Below are positions 56,343 to 64,000 of a DNA stretch of 64,000 bases, piece after piece. Positions within the stretch are counted from its first letter, which is position 1, and each line of letters opens with the position of its first letter. The position numbers were made by a program, and so were the translations under genes. Source of the DNA: Candidatus Harrisonbacteria bacterium. Its GTDB lineage: Bacteria > Patescibacteriota > Minisyncoccia > UBA6257 > 02-FULL-45-10c. Under the pieces are notes generated by a model. The model saw only the letters and a program-made list of their open reading frames with translations, did not search any database and was not told the DNA's origin. The stretch spans positions 15,119-79,118 of the forward strand of contig JACPTS010000003.1 of NCBI GenBank assembly GCA_016192685.1, in the 5' to 3' direction.

Positions 56343-57765
56343 TAAATTAATCAAATTAATAAGTCCTATAAGTCCTATAGGACCTATTCGGGTCAGAATC
56401 GCGCCATCGCCGACCGGCTATTTGCATATTGGGACGGCCCGAACCGCTCTTTTTAACTGGCTTTTTGCCAAAAAACACGGCGGCAAATTTATTTTAAGAA
56501 TAGAAGACACTGACCTGGAAAGATCCGATAAAAAATACGAAAAAGACATTATAGATGGCTTGAGGTGGCTGGGATTGGATTGGGATGAAGGACCCCATCG
56601 GCAATCGGAACGATTAGCCATTTATGAAAAATATCTTCAAAACCTCCTAAGCGAAAACCAGGCTTACTATTGCGCCTGCACCAAGGAAACTTTGGAAAAA
56701 GAGCGGCAGCTTCAAATAAAGAAAGGGGAGGCGCCAAAATACAGCGGCAGATGCCGAAATTTTAAAATTGCTCCGGAACAGGGAGAAATTATCCGTTTTA
56801 AAATTCCGCCGGCGGAGAAAATCCAATTTCTGGATTTGATTCGCGGCCCGATTATTTTTGACAGCAGCTTAATCGGGGATTTGGCTATCGCCAAAAACTT
56901 ACAAACCCCTCTTTATAACTTCGCGGTTGTTATTGACGATTACGAAATGAAAATCAGCCACGTAATCCGCGGCGAAGACCACATTGCCAATACGCCCAAA
57001 CAGATTTTGCTCCAGCGAGCCCTAAACTTTCCGGAGCCAAAATACGCCCATCTGCCGCTGATTTTAGACCCGGACCGGAGCAAAATGTCCAAACGCTATT
57101 CGGCTACTTCCATCCAAGAATATAAAGAGCGAGGTTATTTGCCGGAAACTTTAGTAAATTTTATTGCTTTGCTTGGCTGGCATCCGGCCGATGACCAGGA
57201 AAAAATGGCGGCGTCGGAAATTATCCGAAAATTCAGCCTGGAAAGAATCCAAAAGGCCGGGGCGGTTTTTGACATCCAAAAACTCAACTGGCTGAACAGC
57301 CAATATTTAAAGGAAAAATCCGAATCCGAACTGTGGCAAAAAATAAAAGAGCTTTACGATAAAAAAATCAGTATTCAAAACGAGGCGGCTCTAAAATTAT
57401 TAAAAATAGGAAAATTGAGAATGTCAAAACTGGAAGATTTTCTTTCTTTGCAGGAATCTTTAACCTTACCGGATTATGACAGCAATTTATTATCTTGGAA
57501 AAATACTCATAAAGAAACAACTAAAGAAGCCTTGCGGCTGGCGCAAGAAGTAACCAGAACCATTCTCGTCCACGAATTTAATCAAAAAAATCTGGAAAAC
57601 CAACTTATGCCCCTAGCGGACAACCAAGGAAGGGGAGAGTTCCTGTGGCCTCTGCGAGTAGCCTTATCCGGAAAAGATAAATCACCCGGGCCATTTGAGC
57701 TGATGGAAGTATTGGGAAAAGAAGAATCGTTAAGAAGAATAAATATTGCTATTGAAAAATTATAA
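56335..57765 (+). CDS. gltX: glutamyl-tRNA synthetase
   Basis: RIAPSPTGYLHIG (HIGH) and KMSKR. The first about 17 codons are encoded by the tandem TAAGTCCTA repeat array, so the start is uncertain. Confidence 0.88.
   Translation: MFSKLIKLISPISPIGPIRVRIAPSPTGYLHIGTARTALFNWLFAKKHGGKFILRIEDTDLERSDKKYEKDIIDGLRWLGLDWDEGPHRQSERLAIYEKYLQNLLSENQAYYCACTKETLEKERQLQIKKGEAPKYSGRCRNFKIAPEQGEIIRFKIPPAEKIQFLDLIRGPIIFDSSLIGDLAIAKNLQTPLYNFAVVIDDYEMKISHVIRGEDHIANTPKQILLQRALNFPEPKYAHLPLILDPDRSKMSKRYSATSIQEYKERGYLPETLVNFIALLGWHPADDQEKMAASEIIRKFSLERIQKAGAVFDIQKLNWLNSQYLKEKSESELWQKIKELYDKKISIQNEAALKLLKIGKLRMSKLEDFLSLQESLTLPDYDSNLLSWKNTHKETTKEALRLAQEVTRTILVHEFNQKNLENQLMPLADNQGRGEFLWPLRVALSGKDKSPGPFELMEVLGKEESLRRINIAIEKL
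56360..56387. repeat. tandem 9-bp array TAAGTCCTA-TAAGTCCTA-TAGGACCTA containing the palindrome GTCCTATAGGAC (56372-56383)
   Basis: Perfect 12-bp palindrome within a 3-unit tandem repeat at the gltX 5' end. Confidence 0.7.
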
Positions 57766-57773
57766 ACTAAATT

Positions 57774-59051
57774 ATGAATAATAAGTCCTATAGGACCTAT
57801 AGAGCTTATAAGTCTTATGGGGCCTATCTAATAGCGTTTTTTCTTCTTCCGCTTTTTTCACTGGCGGCGGAAATTCCTCAAAATCTTAAAAACACTATTC
57901 AAGAAAAAACCCAGGCCCTGCAGGAAATAAACCAAAAAATCCTTCAAACCGAAAAAGAGCTGGAAGAAACCGAAGGCAAAAGCCTGACTTTGCAAAAAGA
58001 AATTAAGCAAAAAGAGCGGCAGCTAAGCCAATTAAACCTCAACATCAAAGCCGGTGAAATTACTATTGAGAGATTAAACCTGGAAATTGAATCTCTAAAA
58101 TACGATGTTACGGAAACCCGAACTAAAATCAGCGCCCAAAAAAACGGCATTGCTCAAATTTTAAAATCCATCCAACGGAGAGACAGCGAAAATACTCTGA
58201 CGGTTTTACTTAAAAATAGCAGTCTGGCGGAAAGCCTGGCCGAATTAGAAAATCTTTTAAATTTAAATGTCGGCCTTAGTGCCGGCGTCAATAAACTTAG
58301 TTTTCTTGATAAAAATTTATCCGACCAGCTTGGTTTAACTGCCAAAAAACAAACTGGGGTTATTTCAGAAAATAAAAATTTAAAAAACCGGCAATTAATC
58401 GCCGGTTCGGAAAAAAATGAACGCCAAAATCTGCTTACTCGGACTAAAAACCAAGAAAAATTGTATGCCGACCAACTAAAAGAGCTGAAAAAACTTCAGG
58501 CGGAAGTATCGGCGGAAGTGGAAAAAATAGAAGCCGAGCTGCGTTTAAAAATAGACCCGGCTCTTTTGCCAATTCCAAGGCCCGGCGTGCTTTCTTGGCC
58601 GATAACTATGAAAAATCAGGGCGGAACCGGCCGTTTAACCCAAAAATGGGGAATTCCTTCGCCGCTTTATGGAGGAAGAGCGCACAATGGCATAGACATC
58701 GGAGCTCCCATTGGAACGCCAATTTTTGCCGCGGGAAAAGGCAGGGTGGCGGAAGTCTGGAATCAAGACCGGTATTGCTATAAAGGCGCTTACGGCAAAT
58801 TTATCATTATTGAACATGAAAATAATCTCACTACTTTATATGCCCATTTATCTCTTCAGTCGGTAAAAAAAGGCGATTATGTGAACCAAGGAGACTTAAT
58901 CGGCTATGTCGGCCAAACCGGCTATGCTACCGGCCCGCATCTCCATTTCACCGTCTACGCAAGCCAAACTTTTATTCTCAAATCCAGCAAAGTCAATTGC
59001 GGCCCGATTATGCCATTTGGCGGCGATTTAGATCCGCTCCAGTACTTATAG
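57774..59051 (+). CDS. M23-family peptidase with N-terminal coiled coil (EnvC/LytM-like)
   Basis: HNGIDIGAPIGTPIFAAGKGRV and HLHF M23 motifs. Signal peptide after a repeat-encoded N-terminus. Confidence 0.8.
   Translation: MNNKSYRTYRAYKSYGAYLIAFFLLPLFSLAAEIPQNLKNTIQEKTQALQEINQKILQTEKELEETEGKSLTLQKEIKQKERQLSQLNLNIKAGEITIERLNLEIESLKYDVTETRTKISAQKNGIAQILKSIQRRDSENTLTVLLKNSSLAESLAELENLLNLNVGLSAGVNKLSFLDKNLSDQLGLTAKKQTGVISENKNLKNRQLIAGSEKNERQNLLTRTKNQEKLYADQLKELKKLQAEVSAEVEKIEAELRLKIDPALLPIPRPGVLSWPITMKNQGGTGRLTQKWGIPSPLYGGRAHNGIDIGAPIGTPIFAAGKGRVAEVWNQDRYCYKGAYGKFIIIEHENNLTTLYAHLSLQSVKKGDYVNQGDLIGYVGQTGYATGPHLHFTVYASQTFILKSSKVNCGPIMPFGGDLDPLQYL
57782..57828. repeat. TAAGTCCTA-type array containing GTCCTATAGGAC (57785-57796) at the 5' end of the M23 peptidase gene
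   Basis: ATAAGTCCTATAGGACCTATAGAGCTTATAAGTCTTATGGGGCCTAT, with the same units as at gltX, rpsH and rplD. Confidence 0.7.
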
Positions 59052-59072
59052 TATAATTAGTATAATAAAATT

Positions 59073-59330
59073 ATGCTGGACCTTATTTTAAAGCTATTTG
59101 ACCTATTTAACGAAACAGCCTCAAAAATGGCTGCTTATTTGCCGCAATCCGGCGCCGATGTAATCCGGATGTTTCAATCGCTTACTTTAATAGCTAATAA
59201 CCTTAATATCTGGATAAGCAATAATATCGGGGCTAATTTACAAACGGCCTTAGCCCCTTTGGGCCGTTTGCTTATTTTGTGGCTTAATTTTCTTTTAGAA
59301 GCGGTGAAGATTATTGTCGGGAAGCTTTAA
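59073..59330 (+). CDS. hypothetical protein (85 aa)
   Basis: ORF followed by a bidirectional terminator. Confidence 0.3.
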   Translation: MLDLILKLFDLFNETASKMAAYLPQSGADVIRMFQSLTLIANNLNIWISNNIGANLQTALAPLGRLLILWLNFLLEAVKIIVGKL

Positions 59331-59374
59331 GAAAGTGTCGCAAAAGAATGATTGTGCGACATATAGTTAATGCT

Positions 59375-59398
59375 AAAAAAGCGGGCTTTTGCCCGCTT
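59375..59398. terminator. bidirectional terminator (AAAAAAGCGGGC-tttt-GCCCGCTT)
   Basis: Perfect 8-bp GC stem flanked by A and T runs, between convergent genes. Confidence 0.55.
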
Positions 59399-59420
59399 CC
59401 CTGCTAAAGTCATGTTAAAG

Positions 59421-59951
59421 TCATTTTGGCTGGTTAGGCCCCATCAGTTGTTTAATAAGCTGTGTTACCGAAGAATCATCTCTCATATTCTCCCAGAAAT
59501 TAATCTGGCTTTTAGGAATATACATCGTATCCTCCGGGCCATGAATTTCATTTCCCAACTTAACCAGATTAATCTGCTGTTGCTGCTGTTGAGAAGGCTG
59601 AAGCTGCTGGTTAACTCTCAGGTAATAGGTATCCTTAAGTAAAACATATTCGCGATTTACTTCTCTAAGGCGGCCGAAATAAACTTGGCCGTTGGCCAAA
59701 AACACCGCTTGCCATTTATTTCTATCAACAGCCGGAAAAGTAAGCGACGGAAGCCATCCCAAAGAAATGGCCAATTTCCAAGCTAAGAATAAAATTGCCA
59801 GCAAAACCAGCCACCCTTTCCAGCCACTCGGAAAGCGTTCCAATAAAAAATTTTTCAGTTGGATAAAAATAGATTCTTTTTTGGGCATTGGTGGCTGGGA
59901 TTCCCGCCATCCGCCGGAATTACTGATATCCGCTAATCTTCTTGGAAGCAT
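59421..59951 (-). CDS. hypothetical membrane-anchored protein with poly-Q stretch (176 aa)
   Basis: One TM helix (WLVLLAILFLAWKLAISLGWL) and a QPSQQQQQQ stretch. The terminator lies downstream on the - strand. Confidence 0.45.
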   Translation of the reverse strand: MLPRRLADISNSGGWRESQPPMPKKESIFIQLKNFLLERFPSGWKGWLVLLAILFLAWKLAISLGWLPSLTFPAVDRNKWQAVFLANGQVYFGRLREVNREYVLLKDTYYLRVNQQLQPSQQQQQQINLVKLGNEIHGPEDTMYIPKSQINFWENMRDDSSVTQLIKQLMGPNQPK

Positions 59952-59958
59952 AAATTAA

Positions 59959-60240
59959 TTATAGCAAAATTACGCGGCTAAGAATATCACTTCTGGGGAT
60001 AAATCCGAAATGCCGGCTATCAGCGCTGTAAGCCTTATTATCTCCCTCTACAAAATAATTATCCCCTATTTTGGCGGTAATCCTCTTTACAATTTTCTTA
60101 CCGCCGGCTAATTTAATAATCGCCACATCTCCGATCCGAAAATTGAAAAATAATTGGCTGAATTTCTCGGCAATAACATATTGGCTGTCTTTTAAAGCCG
60201 GTAGCATACTATCTCCTGCTATCTTAAATCGCCTGATCAT
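59959..60240 (-). CDS. sodX: Ni-SOD maturation protease SodX (S26 signal-peptidase-like)
   Basis: GDSMLP (Ser nucleophile) and SADSRHFG boxes, 93 aa, immediately downstream of sodN. Confidence 0.7.
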   Translation of the reverse strand: MIRRFKIAGDSMLPALKDSQYVIAEKFSQLFFNFRIGDVAIIKLAGGKKIVKRITAKIGDNYFVEGDNKAYSADSRHFGFIPRSDILSRVILL

Positions 60241-60689
60241 TACTTTTTAGTGGCTTTAAATATCCGGTCAATCTCTTGAGTTGCCGCTTTTAATTCTCCC
60301 ACTGCCGTCATATCAATATTTTGCTTATTTTTGGATACTAATTTTGCCGCTTTCCAGAAAATTTCATGGAGATTCGGGAAAATTTCCAAATGCTCCGGCT
60401 TGAAATAATCTGTCCAAAGAATTAATAATTCTTTTTTACAGATTTCCCCCTGCTCTTCTTTTTCTATAATCATTCTCGTAAGTGAATTCTTATAAGCCAA
60501 CCACTCCCCTTTTGGGACGCTAGCAGCTGGTTTTTCCAACACTTCTAATTTCTGAACCATTTTTTCAATCGTGGCGACTGCAGTCAGCATCGTATCAGTT
60601 TCATAAATCCCGCACGGCACATCGCAATGGGCGTAAACAATCTCCGCCGGCCAAATTTTATCTAAAAGTTTTAATAATTTTTGTAACAT
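60240..60689 (-). CDS. sodN: nickel superoxide dismutase precursor SodN
   Basis: Leader peptide followed by the Ni-hook HCDVPCGIY (HCDLPCGVY-type). 149 aa. Confidence 0.8.
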   Translation of the reverse strand: MLQKLLKLLDKIWPAEIVYAHCDVPCGIYETDTMLTAVATIEKMVQKLEVLEKPAASVPKGEWLAYKNSLTRMIIEKEEQGEICKKELLILWTDYFKPEHLEIFPNLHEIFWKAAKLVSKNKQNIDMTAVGELKAATQEIDRIFKATKK

Positions 60690-60734
60690 GTTTAGATTGA
60701 ATTATACCATAATTTAAGCTAAAATATATAATAT

Positions 60735-60808
60735 TGCCGGGTCATCTAATGGTAGGATACATGACTCTGAATCATGTCATTTTGGTTCGAATCCAAACCC
60801 GGCAGCCA
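60735..60808 (+). tRNA. tRNA-Gln (anticodon CTG) with encoded CCA
   Basis: Hand-folded cloverleaf. Acceptor TGCCGGG/CCCGGCA, anticodon stem CATGA/TCATG with loop CTCTGAA, and T arm TTTGG-TTCGAAT-CCAAA. TATAAT lies 5 bp upstream. Confidence 0.8.
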
Positions 60809-60873
60809 CTAGCTCTAGTTCGAGAGACTCCGACGGGTCGGTTCTAGATCGGGATATTTTATAGAAAAACAAA

Positions 60874-60911
60874 ACGGGGGCTGCATGAGCTAACCCCCGT
60901 TACTTATTTTT
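60874..60911 (-). terminator. intrinsic terminator for the minus-strand gene (ACGGGGG...CCCCCGT then TTTTGTTTTT on - strand)
   Basis: Perfect 7-bp GC stem plus a T-run when read on the - strand. Confidence 0.55.
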
Positions 60912-61457
60912 GTGTTCAGGATGACCATATTTTTTCATGCGTTCAAGACCAAGAATTCTTATACCCCAGTAGCAAACGAGGTTTAAGATCTTGTGTATGA
61001 ATTGATTTCGCATGAATCTGTATGGGATATCCCTTTCAAATCCGCCAACAATTTTCTCCACCAGAATTACTGCCTCTGGAAACAACTTAGAGAAAATATA
61101 CTGCGCCCTTGTCACGCAATCTTCTTGCGCTATAAGAATAATGATGCCAGCAGTTAATTTGGCAACAATGACCACGTCCCTAATCGCCTCTCCCTCGGTG
61201 ATTACGTTTTTCAAAGGAATAGACGAAATGAGAATGTGTTCTCTTTGTACGCCTAGCCTCAGAAGATATCCAATCTTCTTGGGCATTTCTTTTGGACATC
61301 CTACCGTGTAGCTCATCACAATCCTCCGCTCTCTAGATGAATATTCCAAGTAATGCCTTGCTGCTGATTCAAGCGTTCTTTCTTCCACTACTGGAAGAGC
61401 GTCACGGGAATGGATATACCCGTAACTGAGCGGTATGATCAACAAGGTCTTTTCCAT
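60900..61457 (-). CDS. hypothetical protein (185 aa)
   Basis: ORF with a terminator. No confident motif. Confidence 0.4.
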   Translation of the reverse strand: MEKTLLIIPLSYGYIHSRDALPVVEERTLESAARHYLEYSSRERRIVMSYTVGCPKEMPKKIGYLLRLGVQREHILISSIPLKNVITEGEAIRDVVIVAKLTAGIIILIAQEDCVTRAQYIFSKLFPEAVILVEKIVGGFERDIPYRFMRNQFIHKILNLVCYWGIRILGLERMKKYGHPEHKNK

Positions 61458-61774
61458 GACACCCTCCTTGTTTAGATTTTCAAGTTACCTTATTAAGCTT
61501 TTCAGCTTAAAATTAATATATCATATTCCTAATGCTCTGTCAAGCATTTTAGGTACACTACATTTATCTTATTTTGATTTCAAAATAGCCCCGACCGAGA
61601 CCCGTCGTGAGACAGCCACTAAAGACGCCAAAATTCCCTCTAAAACCCCGGGTTCAGACCGGAGAACACAGCACCAGTCAGCGAGTATCGAAGGACCACC
61701 TTGCGTCAGTTCTATTTCGTGGATTTTATTTCCAGATGTTTAATAATTTTCTAAGGTACTCAACAATAACATCG

Positions 61775-62839
61775 TTATCCAAAAGTAAAAGTGAATATCC
61801 TAAAGCCGGGATGCGGAATGCGGATTTCAAGCGTATGCCAATTAGCGTCTCCGACTGTGTCTATAAGATTATAAAGCCGCGGAGAAGAGACAAGCACTGT
61901 CTCTGGAATCAGTTTTCCATCGAGAAAAATTTTAATGGGTATTTCTGAATTTTCTCTTGCCTCGGCAACAATATTTACTTTATTGGCTTTATACCGCAAT
62001 ATGATTTTCCCGTTCTCCCCTGTTAATTCTGATGACTCCGGACCAATAGTCCAGCTGCCTATGAAATAGAAACGATTTTGTTCAATCTCCGCAGGTTCGG
62101 TAAATATATGAGGCTCACCAGGGCGCACATTCGCATCTTTGTTCCCAATATTATTAATCCGTAAATATCCTAAATAAATTTCCGGCGTCCCGATGCTACG
62201 AAAATCAGTATCAGGCGGCGGTTCTTTTATTTCCGTTATCTTATCAAGCGTCAAAAGCCTTGCTTCGCGCAAAAGATTCTGGATTGCCGCCTCAGTTTCA
62301 GCATAATGTCCCTCGCCAAAGTTCCGATAGCGAATATTGCCATTAACATCAATCAGATAATGCGCCGGCCAATACTGATTTCCAAAAGCATTCCAAGTTT
62401 CATGTTCGCTGTCCAGCGCGACTGGATAAACAATGCTGTATTTTTTTATCGCCGCCTCCACATTTTCTATCTTTTTCTCAAAATCAAATTCCGGCGAATG
62501 TACCCCAAGAAGAATAAAACCGTTATCTTTGTACTTTTTATACCAGCTCTGAAGATGCGGAATAGTGCGGATGCAATTTATGCAGCTATACGTCCAAAAA
62601 TCAACAAGCACTACTTTCCCGCGCAAATCAACATCACTTAATGGACCCGAATTAATCCAGCTGGAAATGCCGCGCAATGAAGGCGCCCGCTCTTCAATAG
62701 GCAGCTTAACAGTTTGAATCAATAGGTTTTGTGGTTTGGGCGATGAAGTTTCTTTTGTCACTAAAATTCCTTTTTTATTAAGAGTTGCAAACACGCCCAC
62801 GACAAACGCTATGATAAAAAAGAGTGCGGCAAATTTCAT
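61775..62839 (-). CDS. TlpA/ResA-like thiol:disulfide oxidoreductase (thioredoxin fold) with extra C-terminal domain
   Basis: N-terminal TM anchor, WTYSCINCIRT CxxC redox motif in a redoxin context, 354 aa. Confidence 0.7.
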   Translation of the reverse strand: MKFAALFFIIAFVVGVFATLNKKGILVTKETSSPKPQNLLIQTVKLPIEERAPSLRGISSWINSGPLSDVDLRGKVVLVDFWTYSCINCIRTIPHLQSWYKKYKDNGFILLGVHSPEFDFEKKIENVEAAIKKYSIVYPVALDSEHETWNAFGNQYWPAHYLIDVNGNIRYRNFGEGHYAETEAAIQNLLREARLLTLDKITEIKEPPPDTDFRSIGTPEIYLGYLRINNIGNKDANVRPGEPHIFTEPAEIEQNRFYFIGSWTIGPESSELTGENGKIILRYKANKVNIVAEARENSEIPIKIFLDGKLIPETVLVSSPRLYNLIDTVGDANWHTLEIRIPHPGFRIFTFTFG

Positions 62840-62856
62840 ATGATTTCAATTTTAAT

Positions 62857-63615
62857 TTATAAATAATCCAACAGCTTATCATAATTGATAAAATTGAAAA
62901 TGCGATATAAGTAAGCAATCCAGATCCCGAGTTTATTAGTAAGAAGCAGAACACCAAGGAAGATTAGGAATAGGCCACCAATGATTGAGATGATATTAAG
63001 ATACTTGGAAATATTTTTAATATAACGGGAAGCAGATCCAATTCCAACGGCAATCAACAAAAAAGGCACTGCCAGTCCCGCGGAAAAAATTGTAAGCAAT
63101 AAAGCTCCTTGCAACGCCGAGGAAGCAGTGGACGCTAAAAGCAGAATTGAACCAAGGATCGGCCCGACGCAGGGCGTCCATCCAAACGCAAAAGCAGAGC
63201 CAAGGATGAAAGAATTTATAGGCTTTCCTTGTTTAAAGAGTCCTACCGCTTTAAATTGCTTTTCGCCCATAAGAAACGGGATTTTTACTATATTCAGCAT
63301 AAAAAACCCGAAGATAATCACAAAAATTCCCCCGATTCTTACGAGCCATAATCTATATGGAGCGAGAAAAGTCGCGCCAATAAATCCTACCAGTGTTCCC
63401 AGAATAATAAAAACCGCGCTAAAGCCAGCCATAAAGAAAAATCCATTTAGGAAAATTTTCCAGCGAGCCCTCTTTGCTTTCTCCGGGTTCTTAAGATCTT
63501 CCAAAGATGCTCCGCTGATAAATCCTAAATATCCAGGCACTAAAGGAAGTGTGCAGGGCGCGAGAAAAGTGAGGACGCCGGCGATAAAGGCAGGAATGAT
63601 AAGTGAAATATCCAT
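62857..63615 (-). CDS. ccdA: cytochrome c-type biogenesis/thiol-disulfide transporter CcdA (DsbD β-core)
   Basis: Six TM helices with the two conserved Cys in APCTLPLVPGY and WTPCVGPILG. Confidence 0.8.
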   Translation of the reverse strand: MDISLIIPAFIAGVLTFLAPCTLPLVPGYLGFISGASLEDLKNPEKAKRARWKIFLNGFFFMAGFSAVFIILGTLVGFIGATFLAPYRLWLVRIGGIFVIIFGFFMLNIVKIPFLMGEKQFKAVGLFKQGKPINSFILGSAFAFGWTPCVGPILGSILLLASTASSALQGALLLTIFSAGLAVPFLLIAVGIGSASRYIKNISKYLNIISIIGGLFLIFLGVLLLTNKLGIWIAYLYRIFNFINYDKLLDYL

Positions 63616-63617
63616 AG

Positions 63618-64000
63618 TTATGAATGATTACGATTAAAATCACGCAGGGCAGCGAGTTGCACATCTTGAAGATGTATTGAGAGGCGTTTGGATTTTATAA
63701 ATGCCTCGGCTTCTTCGGGGCTTTTCCCCTTGCGGATGAGATACGCCGCAACCAGCGTGGGAGCCCGACCATGGCCATTTTTGCAATGTACATATATCTT
63801 TTTTTTCATTGCCACCAACTTTTCAAGAGCTGACACGCCAAACTCTAACTGATCGGGGGTGGGCGAAGTCTGATCTTTTACCGGCAGCCACAAATAAAAT
63901 TTAACTCCAAAAGGAGCGTCAACCCTTTCTTCTTCCAAAGAAATATCCGCGGTGATTCCTTCTTTAACGAGCTTTTCTTCAAAATGAGTTTGGCAACACT
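63618..64000 (-). CDS. dual-specificity/Tyr phosphatase-like protein (CX5R), N-terminus beyond window edge
   Basis: VHCKNGHGRAPTLVAAYLI matches HCxxGxxR(S/A)xxxxxAYL. The frame stays open to the window end; the track start at 63938 is a TTG. Confidence 0.5.
   Translation of the reverse strand, partial: CCQTHFEEKLVKEGITADISLEEERVDAPFGVKFYLWLPVKDQTSPTPDQLEFGVSALEKLVAMKKKIYVHCKNGHGRAPTLVAAYLIRKGKSPEEAEAFIKSKRLSIHLQDVQLAALRDFNRNHS

Noticed and set aside
59370-59642. ORF 59370-59642 (+) overlapping 59421-59951 (-)
   Set aside because: The minus-strand ORF has a TM helix and a terminator in the correct orientation. The plus-strand frame begins inside the bidirectional terminator.
61570-61700. Possible SRP (4.5S) RNA
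   Set aside because: Only a loose resemblance to the domain IV consensus (CAGACCGGAGAA against GGUCCGGAAGGAAG). A closing helix and the GNRA apical loop could not be established by eye. It is left as a low-interest candidate for cmscan.
61435-61948. ORFs 61435-61743 (+) and 61607-61948 (+) in the gap and overlapping the TlpA-like gene
   Set aside because: There are no start signals, and they partly overlap a well-supported minus-strand thioredoxin-fold gene. The region is more likely non-coding or a small RNA.
1-64000. CRISPR arrays, integrases or transposases, rRNA genes, self-splicing introns, DGR reverse transcriptase
   Set aside because: I scanned every intergenic region longer than 60 bp for regularly spaced direct repeats and for rRNA or intron hallmarks, and found none. 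The repeat families present are palindromic and dispersed, not CRISPR-like.

Overview
This 64-kb window looks like part of a small, gene-dense, AT-rich (about 40% GC) genome of the Patescibacteria/CPR type. Nearly all genes are on the + strand, intergenic gaps are short, many genes have intrinsic terminators, and the ribosomal superoperon lacks L30.

Gene content, in order:
- RmuC, a nucleotidyltransferase and a hypothetical protein.
- Two paralogous small clan-CD (caspase/legumain-like) cysteine peptidase proteins, flanking groES/groEL (with a CIRCE operator) and the thymidylate module dCMP deaminase + ThyX.
- HtpX, tRNA-Ser(GGA) with a small accessory islet, a PGI/PMI isomerase, site-2 protease and CtpA.
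- The str operon rpsL-rpsG-[extra ORF]-fusA, then tuf.
- S10-spc ribosomal genes through secY-adk-map, a GT2 glycosyltransferase, greA, lysS, serS, alr, ftsQ-like, two ArnT/PMT-type GT-C glycosyltransferases, mpg, an acyl-CoA dehydrogenase and ychF.
- An orphan membrane-anchored VirD4/TraG-like ATPase, an amidohydrolase, ftsW, murG, gltX and an M23 peptidase.
- Ni-SOD (sodN) with its maturation protease, tRNA-Gln(CTG) and a thiol-disulfide module (TlpA-like, CcdA, DUSP-like).

The most unusual content is non-coding. At least four families of highly structured, transcribed intergenic palindromic repeat elements lie inside operons, analogous to ERIC/REP/MITE elements:
- R3, about 265 bp, two copies; one interrupts the ribosomal operon between rplP and rpmC.
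- R2, about 104 bp, two copies, filling stop-to-start gaps exactly.
- R1, GC-rich, two copies.
- A 32-bp perfect palindrome, two copies.

Other notable features:
- A recurrent palindromic 12-mer GTCCTATAGGAC (9-bp TAAGTCCTA-type unit) at seven or more gene starts.
- A diverged duplicate of the rplP start with GC hairpins and an internal promoter.
- A strong terminator-like hairpin between rpsJ and rplC.
- A 34-bp perfect palindrome inside the mpg coding sequence.

No CRISPR array, rRNA, integrase or transposase was seen.
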